NCBI GenBank assembly: GCA_963805085.1
Contig: CAWDTA010000005.1
Span: 288,001-352,000, forward strand
Direction: 5' to 3'
DNA from: an uncultured Veillonellaceae bacterium
Lineage (GTDB): Bacteria > Bacillota > Negativicutes > JARBTT01
DNA: 64,000 bases
Numbering within the stretch: the stretch's first letter is position 1; each line of letters opens with the position of its first letter. The notes beneath the pieces were generated by a model. That model was not told the DNA's origin. It saw only the letters and a program-made list of their open reading frames with translations, and did no database searches. The position numbers and the translations under genes were made by a program. This document shows, piece by piece, positions 52,728-64,000 of the stretch.

Positions 52728-53303
52728 GTGATATTTTTGTGTACACGCGTTAGATTGGACAGTCAGACCATCGTAGCCGCGGCTGCGGGAATTGCTGATT
52801 TGAATGGCCTAGATAATGTTACGCTTACTGCCGTAGCAAATCAATTGGGAGTTCGCAAGCCTTCGCTGTATAATCATATTAACGGATTACCTGAATTAAA
52901 AGGACAATTGGCGATTTGGGGTACAGATCAACTCCGAGTCAAAATAAGTGATGCAGCTATTGGTAAAGCAAGGCATGATGCCATTGAGGCCATAGCTGGC
53001 GCCTACCGATTATTTGCCAAAGAGCGACCAGGTTTGTACAGGGCTATCGTATCATCACCAGACCGTGATAATCTAGATCTCAAGGCTGCCATTCAGAAAA
53101 TGATGGCAGTAATTTCTATGGTGCTAGAACCATATAATTTAAGTGACGGTGATAGAACCCATGCGATTCGAGGTCTACGTAGCTTGATGCATGGGTTTGC
53201 ATCCTTGGAAGAGGCCGGATGGTTTGCTGCCCCCGTAGACCGAGAGGAGAGCTATCAAAGGCTAATCAACATTTTCATTCGTGGTATAGAGTCTTCTTGC
53301 TAA
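52728..53303 (+). CDS. TetR-family regulator (WHG-type C-terminus)
   Basis: VTLTAVANQLGVRKPSLYNH and LRSLMHGFASLE. Confidence 0.88.
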   Translation: MIFLCTRVRLDSQTIVAAAAGIADLNGLDNVTLTAVANQLGVRKPSLYNHINGLPELKGQLAIWGTDQLRVKISDAAIGKARHDAIEAIAGAYRLFAKERPGLYRAIVSSPDRDNLDLKAAIQKMMAVISMVLEPYNLSDGDRTHAIRGLRSLMHGFASLEEAGWFAAPVDREESYQRLINIFIRGIESSC

Positions 53304-53395
53304 ACAATTTCTGCTATCTATCACTATTAGTGGTAGATAGCAGAAATTGTTTCTAATCTGAACTAATTAGAATTTTAGAATACGAGGATATTATT

Positions 53396-54589
53396 ATGGA
53401 ATTTTGGAAAAAAAATCTATTTGTATGCTGGTTTGGCTGTTTTGCCACTGCTGCAGGTCTAAGCCAGATAGCTCCGGTTTTACCTCTATATATTGAACAT
53501 TTGGGAGTACAAAATATTGAAGAAATCGAACAATGGTCTGGGATTGCATTTGGTGTTACCTTTATCGTTATGGCAATTGCTTCGCCAATTTGGGGGCAAG
53601 CTGCAGACAGATATGGGCGAAAACCCATGTTACTTCGTGCCAGCTTGGGAATGGCTATTGTTATAACTTGCATGGGATTTGTACAGAACGTTTATCAATT
53701 GGTTGGGTTGCGGCTAATACAAGGCGCCGTCTCAGGCTTTGTTTCCGCTGCCATAACTTTAATTGCAACCCAAGTGCCAAAAGAGCGTGCTGGATGGGCA
53801 TTAGGTACGCTTTCCACCGGAGCTGTTGGGGGCATGCTGTTAGGGCCGTTAATCGGTGGCTATCTCGCTGAAACATGGGGATTCCGCAGTGTCTTCTATG
53901 CTACCGGTACATTGCTAATGATCGCGTTTATGGCATCTTTTTTATTTGTACAAGAAGATTTCAAGCCCCCCACGAAAAATGTACTTTCTTTTCGTGAAGT
54001 TTGGAGTCTGATACCTAACCCTAGAATAATGATAACTATGTTTGTGACTACGTTTATCTTGCAACTGGCATTATTATCTATCGAACCGATTATCACAGTG
54101 TTTATCACTCAGTTGCATGTCACAAACCATGTTGCACTCATTTCCGGTATGGTTTTTGCTGCTTCCGGACTTGCCAATATGTTGGCAGCCCCGCAACTTG
54201 GGAAAGTATCTGATAAAATTGGTCCTCATAAGGTAATACTAGTGGCTCTTATTGCTGCGGGATTGCTATTTATTCCTCAAGCTTTTGTAACAAATCCTTG
54301 GCAATTGATGGGACTTCGTTTTTTGCTAGGAATAGCCGCAGCAGGCTTGTTGCCTTCTATTAATACTTTGATCATGAGTAATACACCGAAGTCTATTACT
54401 GGCCGATCTTTTGGCTACAACCAATCGGCCCAATTTTTAGGTTCCTTTGGTGGCTCGTTGCTAGGTGGTCAGACGGCGGCAACTTTTGGAATCCACTATG
54501 TATTCTTTGTCACTGGTTTCTTATTATTGCTCAACGCATTATGGGTTTATACAACACTATACAAGCAAGTATCACTGCAACATAAGTAG
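53396..54589 (+). CDS. MFS multidrug efflux transporter (MdtG/PmrA-like)
   Basis: WKKNL, SPIWG.AADRYGRKPMLLRASLG and GPLIGG. Confidence 0.9.
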   Translation: MEFWKKNLFVCWFGCFATAAGLSQIAPVLPLYIEHLGVQNIEEIEQWSGIAFGVTFIVMAIASPIWGQAADRYGRKPMLLRASLGMAIVITCMGFVQNVYQLVGLRLIQGAVSGFVSAAITLIATQVPKERAGWALGTLSTGAVGGMLLGPLIGGYLAETWGFRSVFYATGTLLMIAFMASFLFVQEDFKPPTKNVLSFREVWSLIPNPRIMITMFVTTFILQLALLSIEPIITVFITQLHVTNHVALISGMVFAASGLANMLAAPQLGKVSDKIGPHKVILVALIAAGLLFIPQAFVTNPWQLMGLRFLLGIAAAGLLPSINTLIMSNTPKSITGRSFGYNQSAQFLGSFGGSLLGGQTAATFGIHYVFFVTGFLLLLNALWVYTTLYKQVSLQHK

Positions 54590-54706
54590 TGGCTATTTTT
54601 ACTTAATCTATTTTTTTAACTCAAAAGAATTTCAAAAATTTATTTAGTAGAATCTAACACGTAAGGTAAATATTGATTATTAAAAAGAGAAAAGGTGGAA
54701 TATCTT

Positions 54707-54955
54707 ATGAAAGATTTAACTAAAAAAATTATGATATTAGCAATGGTTGGTATGGTGCAAATCGGATTTAGTGCAGCTGTATCAGAGGCTTCATCATTGC
54801 AAAACTTTAATCAACACAAGGTTATACGTTTCGATGATCGGCATGATGGTCTACAAGACCCAAATGATCCTCAATTGAAACCACAGCCTCAACCTCGTCC
54901 AGAACAACCTCAGCTGCAACCGCAACCAGAGCAACCGCAGCCACAACCAGAGTAA
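54707..54955 (+). CDS. small secreted protein with Pro/Gln-rich tail
   Basis: Signal peptide MKDLTKKIMILAMVGMVQIG..EAS and PQPQPE repeats. Confidence 0.65.
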   Translation: MKDLTKKIMILAMVGMVQIGFSAAVSEASSLQNFNQHKVIRFDDRHDGLQDPNDPQLKPQPQPRPEQPQLQPQPEQPQPQPE

Positions 54956-55067
54956 CCATGGAATCAAAACTAATTTAGTCAGTTTTTAGTTAAGTATTGG
55001 AGATTTCAGATACGAAGGTACCTTTGGAATTAATTGGACAAAAATTGGTTGGTTATAGATAAATGTA

Positions 55068-55200
55068 TTGCAATGCATAATCTCTTGATGTATAATCAAA
55101 ATAAGTTAAGTTATTAACTTGTTTGTCAACTTTAGTGTAGAGTACAATGAAGTGCCGACTGGATACGCGTGTGCGTTCTGGTTGGCACTTATTTTTTTTG
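55068..55200 (+). promoter_or_regulatory. sigma-A promoter and attenuator leader (ANTAR-like hairpin overlapping a terminator)
   Basis: TTGCAA-N17-TATAAT at 55068-55096; gtac-AATGAA-gtgc hairpin overlaps terminator aagtgccgactgga...tctggttggcactt+T7. Confidence 0.6.
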
Positions 55201-55429
55201 TATGTGAGGTGAGTATAGTGTCGATTGATAGCGCCTTGATTATATCAGCATCAATGACAAGAAGTTTGACAGGAGTGCAGGTAGTGATATTGGGTGATGT
55301 TAAAGTAGATGCATCTTGGTCATATGGATAGATGAGAATTGAAGTTTCTAGTAAAAATTTTGTAATTGAGTAGTACCTATCTGTTTAGAGTATCAGTCGA
55401 CATTTTATAATCGGAAATAGTCATAACAT

Positions 55430-55734
55430 GATTCATGAGTATTCGTGGTACCCATGGATTAAAATAAAAACCTTCATGAGTATTCGTGGTACTCATAAAG
55501 GTTGTGAAGATCATAATTCCAGTGGTGCTAGGTTTATTTGTTGTACCCATTTTTTGTCTGCTACGATAGCTTCATCAGCATTTTAAGGGGGTGATTTTAT
55601 ACGCATAGAAAAACAAAAGGCTTCATGAGTATTCGTGGTACTCATGAAGCTAGGCAAATTATCTATTCCCAGTGGCACTAGGTTTATTCAATTTACCCAT
55701 TGAACATTATAACACTTTGCTTTTCCTTTTTCAA
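55430..55734 (-). ncRNA. duplicated ~90-nt transcript units antisense to the anf leader
   Basis: Minus-strand TTGAAA-N17-TATAAT promoter with TG extension (55734-55706). Units 55700-55609 and 55550-55461 each end in a ttcatgagtaccacgaatactcatgaa-type terminator; a third hairpin copy lies at 55431-55459. Confidence 0.5.
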
Positions 55735-55786
55735 CAAAATAATAACAAAATTAAATGCTGGATAGGCTTGGTAAATAAGGCAATAG

Positions 55787-56671
<885 letters not shown>

Positions 56672-56705
56672 TTAAAAACAAGGAATAAGGGGGGAACGTG
56701 AAATT

Positions 56706-57032
56706 ATGATTATGGTTAGAGCAATTATTAGACCAGATAAAAAAGACGCGATTCTTTGCGAACTTTCCAGTGCTGGATTTAATGCTGCTACTGTTTATGA
56801 TGTTGTAGGTCGCGGTAAGCAAAGGGGGATTAAGTTTGGTGACGTTATATATGATGAAATTCCTAAAAGTCTGATTATGTTAGTGGTTAATGATGAAGAT
56901 AAAGATGATGTGCTAGATGTTATTCTTCAGCATGCGAAGGTCGGCGAAAACGGATCGTTTGGCGATGGAAAAATATTTGTAAGTTCTATTGATGAAGTCT
57001 ATACCGTTTCCAGTGGCACTGCTGGTCTATAA
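56706..57032 (+). CDS. nifI1: PII-like nitrogenase regulatory protein NifI1
   Basis: AIIRP, VVGRGKQRG, YDEIPK and GDGKIFV. Confidence 0.88.
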   Translation: MIMVRAIIRPDKKDAILCELSSAGFNAATVYDVVGRGKQRGIKFGDVIYDEIPKSLIMLVVNDEDKDDVLDVILQHAKVGENGSFGDGKIFVSSIDEVYTVSSGTAGL

Positions 57033-57044
57033 GGAGGTGGCGTT

Positions 57045-57452
57045 ATGAAAGAAATTATAGCTGTAGTAAGGATGAATAAGGTCAGTGATACAAAAAGGGC
57101 ACTGATAGGAGTAGGTGCTGCTGGTTTAACTGCATTGAAGGTTATGGGACGCGGTAGATTGGTAGAAGACAAAACGGTAATTGCTGAACGTAGAAAAACT
57201 TTATTGGCACTCAGTCGTAACGATGAGCAAAATACAGAAAAAATTGTAACCGAATTTTTAGATGGTACGCGTTTATTTCCACGCAGAATGTTTACAGTTT
57301 TAGCGCATGATCAAGATGTGCCGAAAATTATCAAGGCCATAGTTGACGCCAATAAGACAGAGTATAAAGTTGGTGACGGAAAAATCTTTGTAGTACCTGT
57401 GATGGATGCTGTTCGAGTTAGAACTAAAGAATCTGGAGATACAGCCATATAG
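57045..57452 (+). CDS. nifI2: PII-like nitrogenase regulatory protein NifI2
   Basis: MKEIIAVVRMNK, VMGRG and GDGKIFV..VRVRT; long T-loop. Confidence 0.85.
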   Translation: MKEIIAVVRMNKVSDTKRALIGVGAAGLTALKVMGRGRLVEDKTVIAERRKTLLALSRNDEQNTEKIVTEFLDGTRLFPRRMFTVLAHDQDVPKIIKAIVDANKTEYKVGDGKIFVVPVMDAVRVRTKESGDTAI

Positions 57453-57474
57453 TGGGATTTAAAATAATCATTAA

Positions 57475-59070
<1,596 letters not shown>

Positions 59071-59086
59071 GAGGGATGATATAGTT

Positions 59087-59449
59087 ATGGGAAAAGTTAC
59101 AGAAGACACTATGGAAAATAAAGTAGAGCAACTAGTTGATTATATTATGAAATGGTGCCTGTGGCAGTTTCACTCCCGGGCATGGGATAGAGAAAAACAA
59201 AATGAGGGAATCCTTACAAAAACCAGCCAGCTACTCTGTGATGAACCTGTAGAACTACAAACTCCAGCGGACAAATGTTATTGGGTAGATGCTGTGGTAT
59301 TAGCTAAGGAATTCAAAGCTGGGTATCCGTGGCTTTGTGCGATGGATAAAGCGGACATAAAATTACTCATGCAGGCACTCAAAGACCGTTTGGACTATTT
59401 GACGATTACAGGGTCCCTTAATGAAGAACTGACTGACCCTAAGTATTAG
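59087..59449 (+). CDS. anfG: Fe-only nitrogenase delta chain
   Basis: [28 protein letters not shown] and GSLNEEL. Confidence 0.95.
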   Translation: MGKVTEDTMENKVEQLVDYIMKWCLWQFHSRAWDREKQNEGILTKTSQLLCDEPVELQTPADKCYWVDAVVLAKEFKAGYPWLCAMDKADIKLLMQALKDRLDYLTITGSLNEELTDPKY

Positions 59450-59510
59450 AGATAAGAACTGTGCCGTCACGGCCGACGTTTAAAAAATAAATAGTAAAGG
59501 GAGTCATGCT

Positions 59511-60899
59511 ATGTCTTGTGAGATAAAAGAAAAGGAACGTGCCGGCATTATTAACCCGATATTTACATGCCAACCTGCGGGGGCGCAGTATGCCAGCATA
59601 GGAATCAAGGATTGTATTGCGATAGTTCATGGCGGACAGGGATGCGTTATGTTTGTCCGTCTACTCATCGCACAGCATTTGAAGGAAAATTTTGATATCG
59701 CATCTTCGTCCTTACATGAGGATGCTGCGGTGTTCGGTGCTGTCCATCGCGTTGAAGAAGCCGTAGATGTGCTTCTGATGCGGTATCCACATGTGAAAGT
59801 AATACCAGTCATTACAACATGCTCGACAGAAGTTATCGGTGATGATGTCGATGGTGTTATTCGGAAACTTAATAATGGACTATTGAAAGAAAAATATGCC
59901 GATCGTGAAGTGCATCTGATTCCCATTCACTGTCCTAGCTTTAAGGGAAGTCAAGTGACGGGATACGATGTCGCTCTAGAGGCTTTTGTACAGACTTTGG
60001 CGAAAAAAGATAAGCCAAACGGAAAGATTAACTTAATTACTGGCTGGGCCAATCCAGGGGACGTAACGGCACTCAAACACCTTCTGTCCGTAATGGAGGT
60101 AGAGACAACTGTACTTTTTGAAATTGAAAGTTTTGACTCTCCCCTCATGCCAGACGCCAGTGCCGTCTCTCATGGCAGCACGACGGTTGAGGATTTGATT
60201 GGAACAGCTGATGCCATCGGAACCATTGCACTAAATAAATATGAAGGTGGAAAAGCCGCTGAGTATCTTGAAAGCGAATTTGGCGTTCCAGCTATTATAG
60301 GACCAAGCCCTATCGGTATTCGCAATACGGATACCTTTTTGCAGAACCTGAAAAAAATGACAGGCAACCCAATTCCTCAGTCTTTAGTTCGTGAACGGGG
60401 AATTGCCATTGATGCGTTAACTGATCTTGTCCACATGTTTCTGGCAGATAAGAAAGTTGCTATCTATGGACATCCTGATCTGGTTGTCGGGCTGGCAGAA
60501 TTTTGTCTCGATTTGGAGATGAAACCAGTATTGTTGCTACTTGGTGATGACAACAAGACATACGTTGAAGATTCACGTATCAAGGATCTTCAAGAAAAAG
60601 TTGATTTTGACATGGAGATTATTACAAATGCTGATTTATGGGAACTAGAGGATCGGATAAAAAATAAGGGGTTGGAACTTGATCTGATTCTTGGTCATTC
60701 AAAGGGGCGATTCATTTCTATTGACAATAATATTCCTATGGTACGTGTTGGTTTCCCAACCTATGATCGTGCGGGATTATTCCGTCATCCTGTAGTCGGC
60801 TACGCAGGCGCGACATGGCTTGCTGAAACAATAGCAAATACGCTGTTCACCGACATGGAATACAAGAAAAATAAGGAATGGATTCTTAATGTTTGGTAA
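59511..60899 (+). CDS. anfK: Fe-only nitrogenase beta chain
   Basis: NPIFTCQPAGAQ, HGGQGCVMFVRL, TTCSTEVIGDD and C-terminal EWILNVW. Confidence 0.95.
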   Translation: MSCEIKEKERAGIINPIFTCQPAGAQYASIGIKDCIAIVHGGQGCVMFVRLLIAQHLKENFDIASSSLHEDAAVFGAVHRVEEAVDVLLMRYPHVKVIPVITTCSTEVIGDDVDGVIRKLNNGLLKEKYADREVHLIPIHCPSFKGSQVTGYDVALEAFVQTLAKKDKPNGKINLITGWANPGDVTALKHLLSVMEVETTVLFEIESFDSPLMPDASAVSHGSTTVEDLIGTADAIGTIALNKYEGGKAAEYLESEFGVPAIIGPSPIGIRNTDTFLQNLKKMTGNPIPQSLVRERGIAIDALTDLVHMFLADKKVAIYGHPDLVVGLAEFCLDLEMKPVLLLLGDDNKTYVEDSRIKDLQEKVDFDMEIITNADLWELEDRIKNKGLELDLILGHSKGRFISIDNNIPMVRVGFPTYDRAGLFRHPVVGYAGATWLAETIANTLFTDMEYKKNKEWILNVW

Positions 60900-60980
60900 T
60901 CGTTACTAGAAACATTTATTAGATTCTGCCAGTCCTCTTATCTGGTTCTGGCAGAATCATTTAAGAAGAGGGTATAAATA

Positions 60981-61361
60981 ATGATAGTAAATAAAACAAA
61001 TGAAGAATTTGAAGAAAATTATCGGTATGCAGAGGGGTTTCATCATAGAGCAGAACAGTTCTTACGTGAAGGGCAAAGCGCTAGTGTAGTGTTCAATGTG
61101 GCTGCAGTTGCGCTCGAACGATATCTTGTCGCGTTATGTGATTTGCATGGTGCAGAGCCGAGAAATCATAATTATGTCTGTCTTATGGAAACTATAGAAA
61201 AAATCATTGATTTTCCGCCGGTATTAAATGAGGAAATAAGGTCTTTGGATTTAATATTTGGTATCTGCTCTCTTGAAAATTATTATCATGGTACGCCTGC
61301 CTCAAACGATGCGGATCGAGTACTTTCAATGTGTAATGAAGTTCAAAAGTTTTTTGCTTAA
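60981..61361 (+). CDS. HEPN-like domain protein
   Basis: VFNVAAVALERYLVAL...G..PRNHNY..L resembles the HEPN helix/His pattern. Confidence 0.55.
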   Translation: MIVNKTNEEFEENYRYAEGFHHRAEQFLREGQSASVVFNVAAVALERYLVALCDLHGAEPRNHNYVCLMETIEKIIDFPPVLNEEIRSLDLIFGICSLENYYHGTPASNDADRVLSMCNEVQKFFA

Positions 61362-61506
61362 ATAAGAGTTTTATTCCTTAGAATTGCTTGGGAAATAATA
61401 GAGATAATTTGTAGATTCAGTGTGTAAATATGGTGCAAAAATTTATAGAAAAATCAAGGTGAATAGGATGTTCAGTCATAACTGAACAAAAGGAGTTGAA
61501 TCAAAT

Positions 61507-62436
61507 ATGAAAAATGAATACTCTAAGAATATGGCACCAGTTTTTTCGAAAGAATTAGCAGAAACAACGGCTAAACACCCTTGCTATTCTTTTGATGCTC
61601 ATCATAAATTTGCTCGAATGCATTTGCCTGTGGCACCAAAATGTAATGCTAGCTGTAACTATTGTAATAGAAAGTATGACTGTGTAAATGAAAGTCGTCC
61701 TGGTGTAACCAGTGAAGTATTGACTCCCGAAATGAGCTTGGCAAAATTTATTAGGGTAAAAGAAGAAATACCTCACTTGAGTGTTGTCGGAATCGCTGGT
61801 CCGGGTGATGCTTTGGCAAATTGGCAATCTGTAAAAAGGAGTATTGAGTTCATAAAAAGAGAAGCACCAGATATGATATTTTGTTTATCGACGAATGGTT
61901 TGATGCTACCGCATTATAGTCAGAAAATTATTGACTTGGGAATTAAGCATGTAACGGTCACTGTAAATTGTTTGGAACCTACCATAGGGGCAAAAATCTA
62001 TCATCATATTAATTATCAAGATAAGTATTATGTGGGAAAAGTTGCAGCTGAAATTTTAATTAGAAATCAGTTGGAAGGAATCAAACTTTTGGCTGATGAA
62101 GGCGCCTTGGTAAAAGTTAATATTGTTATGATTAAGGGTGTCAATGATGGACATATAACGGATGTAGTAAAAAAAGTTAAGAGTTTGGGGGCTCTAATGA
62201 CAAATATCATGCCATTAATTCCAGCGCCAGGTAGCGTTTTTCATGATTTCCCGCAGACTAGCATGAAAGACGTAAATGCCATGCGGGATTTGTGTCAAAT
62301 TGATATTTCACAGATGCGCCACTGCCAGCAATGCAGGGCGGATGCTATCGGACTTTTGACAGAAGATCAATCTTATAAATATAGAAACACCACCAAGCCG
62401 GAAGTGAAAAAATGTAAATTGCGGGCTAGTGTGTAA
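61507..62436 (+). CDS. nifB: NifB radical-SAM protein, no C-terminal NifX domain
   Basis: HPC, CNASCNYC, ESRPG, GIAGPGD, STNG and HCQQCRADA. Confidence 0.93.
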   Translation: MKNEYSKNMAPVFSKELAETTAKHPCYSFDAHHKFARMHLPVAPKCNASCNYCNRKYDCVNESRPGVTSEVLTPEMSLAKFIRVKEEIPHLSVVGIAGPGDALANWQSVKRSIEFIKREAPDMIFCLSTNGLMLPHYSQKIIDLGIKHVTVTVNCLEPTIGAKIYHHINYQDKYYVGKVAAEILIRNQLEGIKLLADEGALVKVNIVMIKGVNDGHITDVVKKVKSLGALMTNIMPLIPAPGSVFHDFPQTSMKDVNAMRDLCQIDISQMRHCQQCRADAIGLLTEDQSYKYRNTTKPEVKKCKLRASV

Positions 62437-62484
62437 AAGGTTTACCTCATGTCTTTTATAAATTGCACGATGAAGAAGATCGCT

Positions 62485-62600
62485 CTGGACATAATAGCTT
62501 TGGTTATATATATTGTAACAATAATAAAATAGACAGCATAATGAAGTGCCAACTAGGTGATGCGCAAGTTCGCATTCATTTGGGTTGGTTTTTTTATTTT
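62485..62600 (+). promoter_or_regulatory. promoter and second ANTAR-like attenuator
   Basis: TGGACA-N17-TATATT; gcat-AATGAA-gtgc abuts terminator ccaactaggtga...tcatttgggttgg+T7. Confidence 0.55.
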
Positions 62601-62648
62601 AAGAAGATAAGCAACCTAAGAACAGTGATGAAAGGATGGAAAAAAGAA

Positions 62649-63362
62649 ATGATACTTCACTATTTACAACATGTCCCCTTTGAAAATCCTGGAAGTATTC
62701 TAATGTGGGCAAAGGAAAATGGTCATAGCATAACAAATACGCAATTATATAAAAATGAAGCTTTCCCAACGCAGGATAAATTTGATTGGCTTGTGGTTAT
62801 GGGGGGGCCGATGAATATCTATGACGAAGAAAATTATCCGTGGCTTGTCGCTGAAAAGGTGTTCATAAAAGAAAGTATTGCAGCGGGGAAAGTGATTATC
62901 GGATTATGTCTCGGTGGGCAATTGATTGCTGATGTAATAGGTGGTAAGGTGACTCAAAATCCTCATAAGGAAATTGGTTGGTTTCCAATTCGTTTGAGTG
63001 ACGAAGCCAGAAAGTCACCATTGTTTTGCTTTTTCCCCGATCATCCAATTGTATTCCAGTGGCATGGTGATACATTTAGTGCCTTACCCGCAGACGCTAA
63101 ATGCATAGCAACAAGTGATGCTTGTAAGTATCAGGCCTTCATTTATAAAAATAGAGTATTTGGTTTTCAATATCACTTGGAAAATACATTATCGATTATC
63201 AATGGCCTCGTGGAGAATTGTAGGGATGAAATGGTTGCTGATATTTATGTGCAGACGCCAGAAGAGTTACTTGCGCATCCAGAGTATATTGAACAAGATA
63301 ATCAGTTGATGAATCGGTTCCTTACACAATTGGAAAAAATGTACAGAGAGGGTGGACTTTGA
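62649..63362 (+). CDS. type 1 glutamine amidotransferase
   Basis: LQHVPFENPG, MGGPM, GLCLGGQL, QWHGD and FQYHLE. Confidence 0.9.
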   Translation: MILHYLQHVPFENPGSILMWAKENGHSITNTQLYKNEAFPTQDKFDWLVVMGGPMNIYDEENYPWLVAEKVFIKESIAAGKVIIGLCLGGQLIADVIGGKVTQNPHKEIGWFPIRLSDEARKSPLFCFFPDHPIVFQWHGDTFSALPADAKCIATSDACKYQAFIYKNRVFGFQYHLENTLSIINGLVENCRDEMVADIYVQTPEELLAHPEYIEQDNQLMNRFLTQLEKMYREGGL

Positions 63363-63895
63363 TGCAGAAGATTAGCTATACAAAGCGAAACTGTACAGAT
63401 CAGCAAAAAATAGAAGCGTTTATTTTGAAAGAAAGAAATGGCGTACTGGGAATGGTAGATGATATACTCCCGTACGCCGTTCCGATGAATTATGTATGGT
63501 ATAATGGTTCAATTTATTTTCATGGTATGGGATCTGGTAAAAAGGAAAATATTCTTTCTAAAAACCAGTCTGTTTGTTTTACTATATATAGAGAATATGG
63601 TACTGTGATTGACCCTGTACCATGTCATGCCGATACGTCATATATGAGTGTAATACTTTTTGGCAAGGCTGAAAAGGTGACTGACTATGAGGAGGCTGCT
63701 ATAGCTCTTCAGAAGTTGCTTGATAAATATATGCCAAAGTATTACAGCAATCCTTTAACCAGTACTTTGATTGAAAAGTATCGATCTTCACTTGATGGAA
63801 ATGCTGTCTCAGTTTATCGGTTAACACCTCAGGAAATGACGACTAAAGAGAACTCGGTGGAAGCTGGAGAACTGTTGAATTTGGAAACGCGGTAA
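63359..63895 (+). CDS. pyridoxamine-5'-phosphate oxidase-like flavin-binding protein
   Basis: PYAVPMNY, IYFHG..GKK and YMSVILFG. Confidence 0.85.
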   Translation: MMQKISYTKRNCTDQQKIEAFILKERNGVLGMVDDILPYAVPMNYVWYNGSIYFHGMGSGKKENILSKNQSVCFTIYREYGTVIDPVPCHADTSYMSVILFGKAEKVTDYEEAAIALQKLLDKYMPKYYSNPLTSTLIEKYRSSLDGNAVSVYRLTPQEMTTKENSVEAGELLNLETR

Positions 63896-63945
63896 GCATA
63901 TAGATGCCTACCTCAATATTTGAGTAGATATTTTTTATAACAAGT

Positions 63946-63986
63946 AATGGCTGTCTCAAATTTTTTGATTTGAGACAGCCATTTTT
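63946..63986 (+). terminator. intrinsic terminator
   Basis: aatggctgtctcaaat...atttgagacagccatt followed by a T tract. Confidence 0.75.
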
Positions 63987-64000
63987 AATACAAAATTTTA

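Noticed and set aside
55119-55331. 70-aa ORF
   Set aside because: It runs through the attenuator/terminator and has no recognisable motif; at most a short remnant.
55673-55688. sigma-54 promoter for anfH (TGGCAC)
   Set aside because: The -12 element reads TTAT rather than TTGC.
55430-55700. CRISPR, T-box, cobalamin or guanidine-IV riboswitch for the repeated hairpins
   Set aside because: Spacing is irregular. Only short look-alike words (gtaccacgaa, gccactggg) are present, without the other conserved elements.

Overview
This window looks like a Negativicutes (Selenomonadales/Sporomusaceae-like) chromosome segment, inferred from Firmicutes-type genes together with TolC channels and a Selenomonas-type flagellin. 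(1) 1-9.6 kb is core genome: leuB, ilvB, speE, an M29 aminopeptidase, tRNA-Asn/Glu/Val, an orphan histidine kinase, niaR-niaP and tRNA-Arg(CCG). (2) 9534-28737 is a ~19.2 kb integrative mobilizable element bounded by a 45-bp direct repeat of the tRNA-Arg 3' end. It encodes a tyrosine integrase, three excisionase-like HTH proteins, a MOBP-type relaxase with an RHH partner and a D5/SF3 helicase. Its cargo is a RosmerTA-like pair, DUF932-like and ERF proteins, an XRE regulator, a flagellin and a lone P-loop ATPase. (3) 28.7-51.4 kb is a decayed tandem-island region with further att/end remnants, IS3 fragments, two tripartite efflux operons, a four-copy tandem promoter/operator array, a shredded atpG-atpD pseudogene, an esterase/AraC pair and a class-III aminotransferase. 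(4) 51.5-64 kb holds a polysaccharide deacetylase, TetR-MFS and a compact Fe-only nitrogenase cluster (anfH-nifI1-nifI2-anfDGK-HEPN-like-nifB, then GATase and a PNPOx-like gene). That cluster has an unusual 5' region with an ANTAR-like attenuator and duplicated antisense-strand RNA/micro-ORF units. All family assignments are by motif recognition; no database searches were run.
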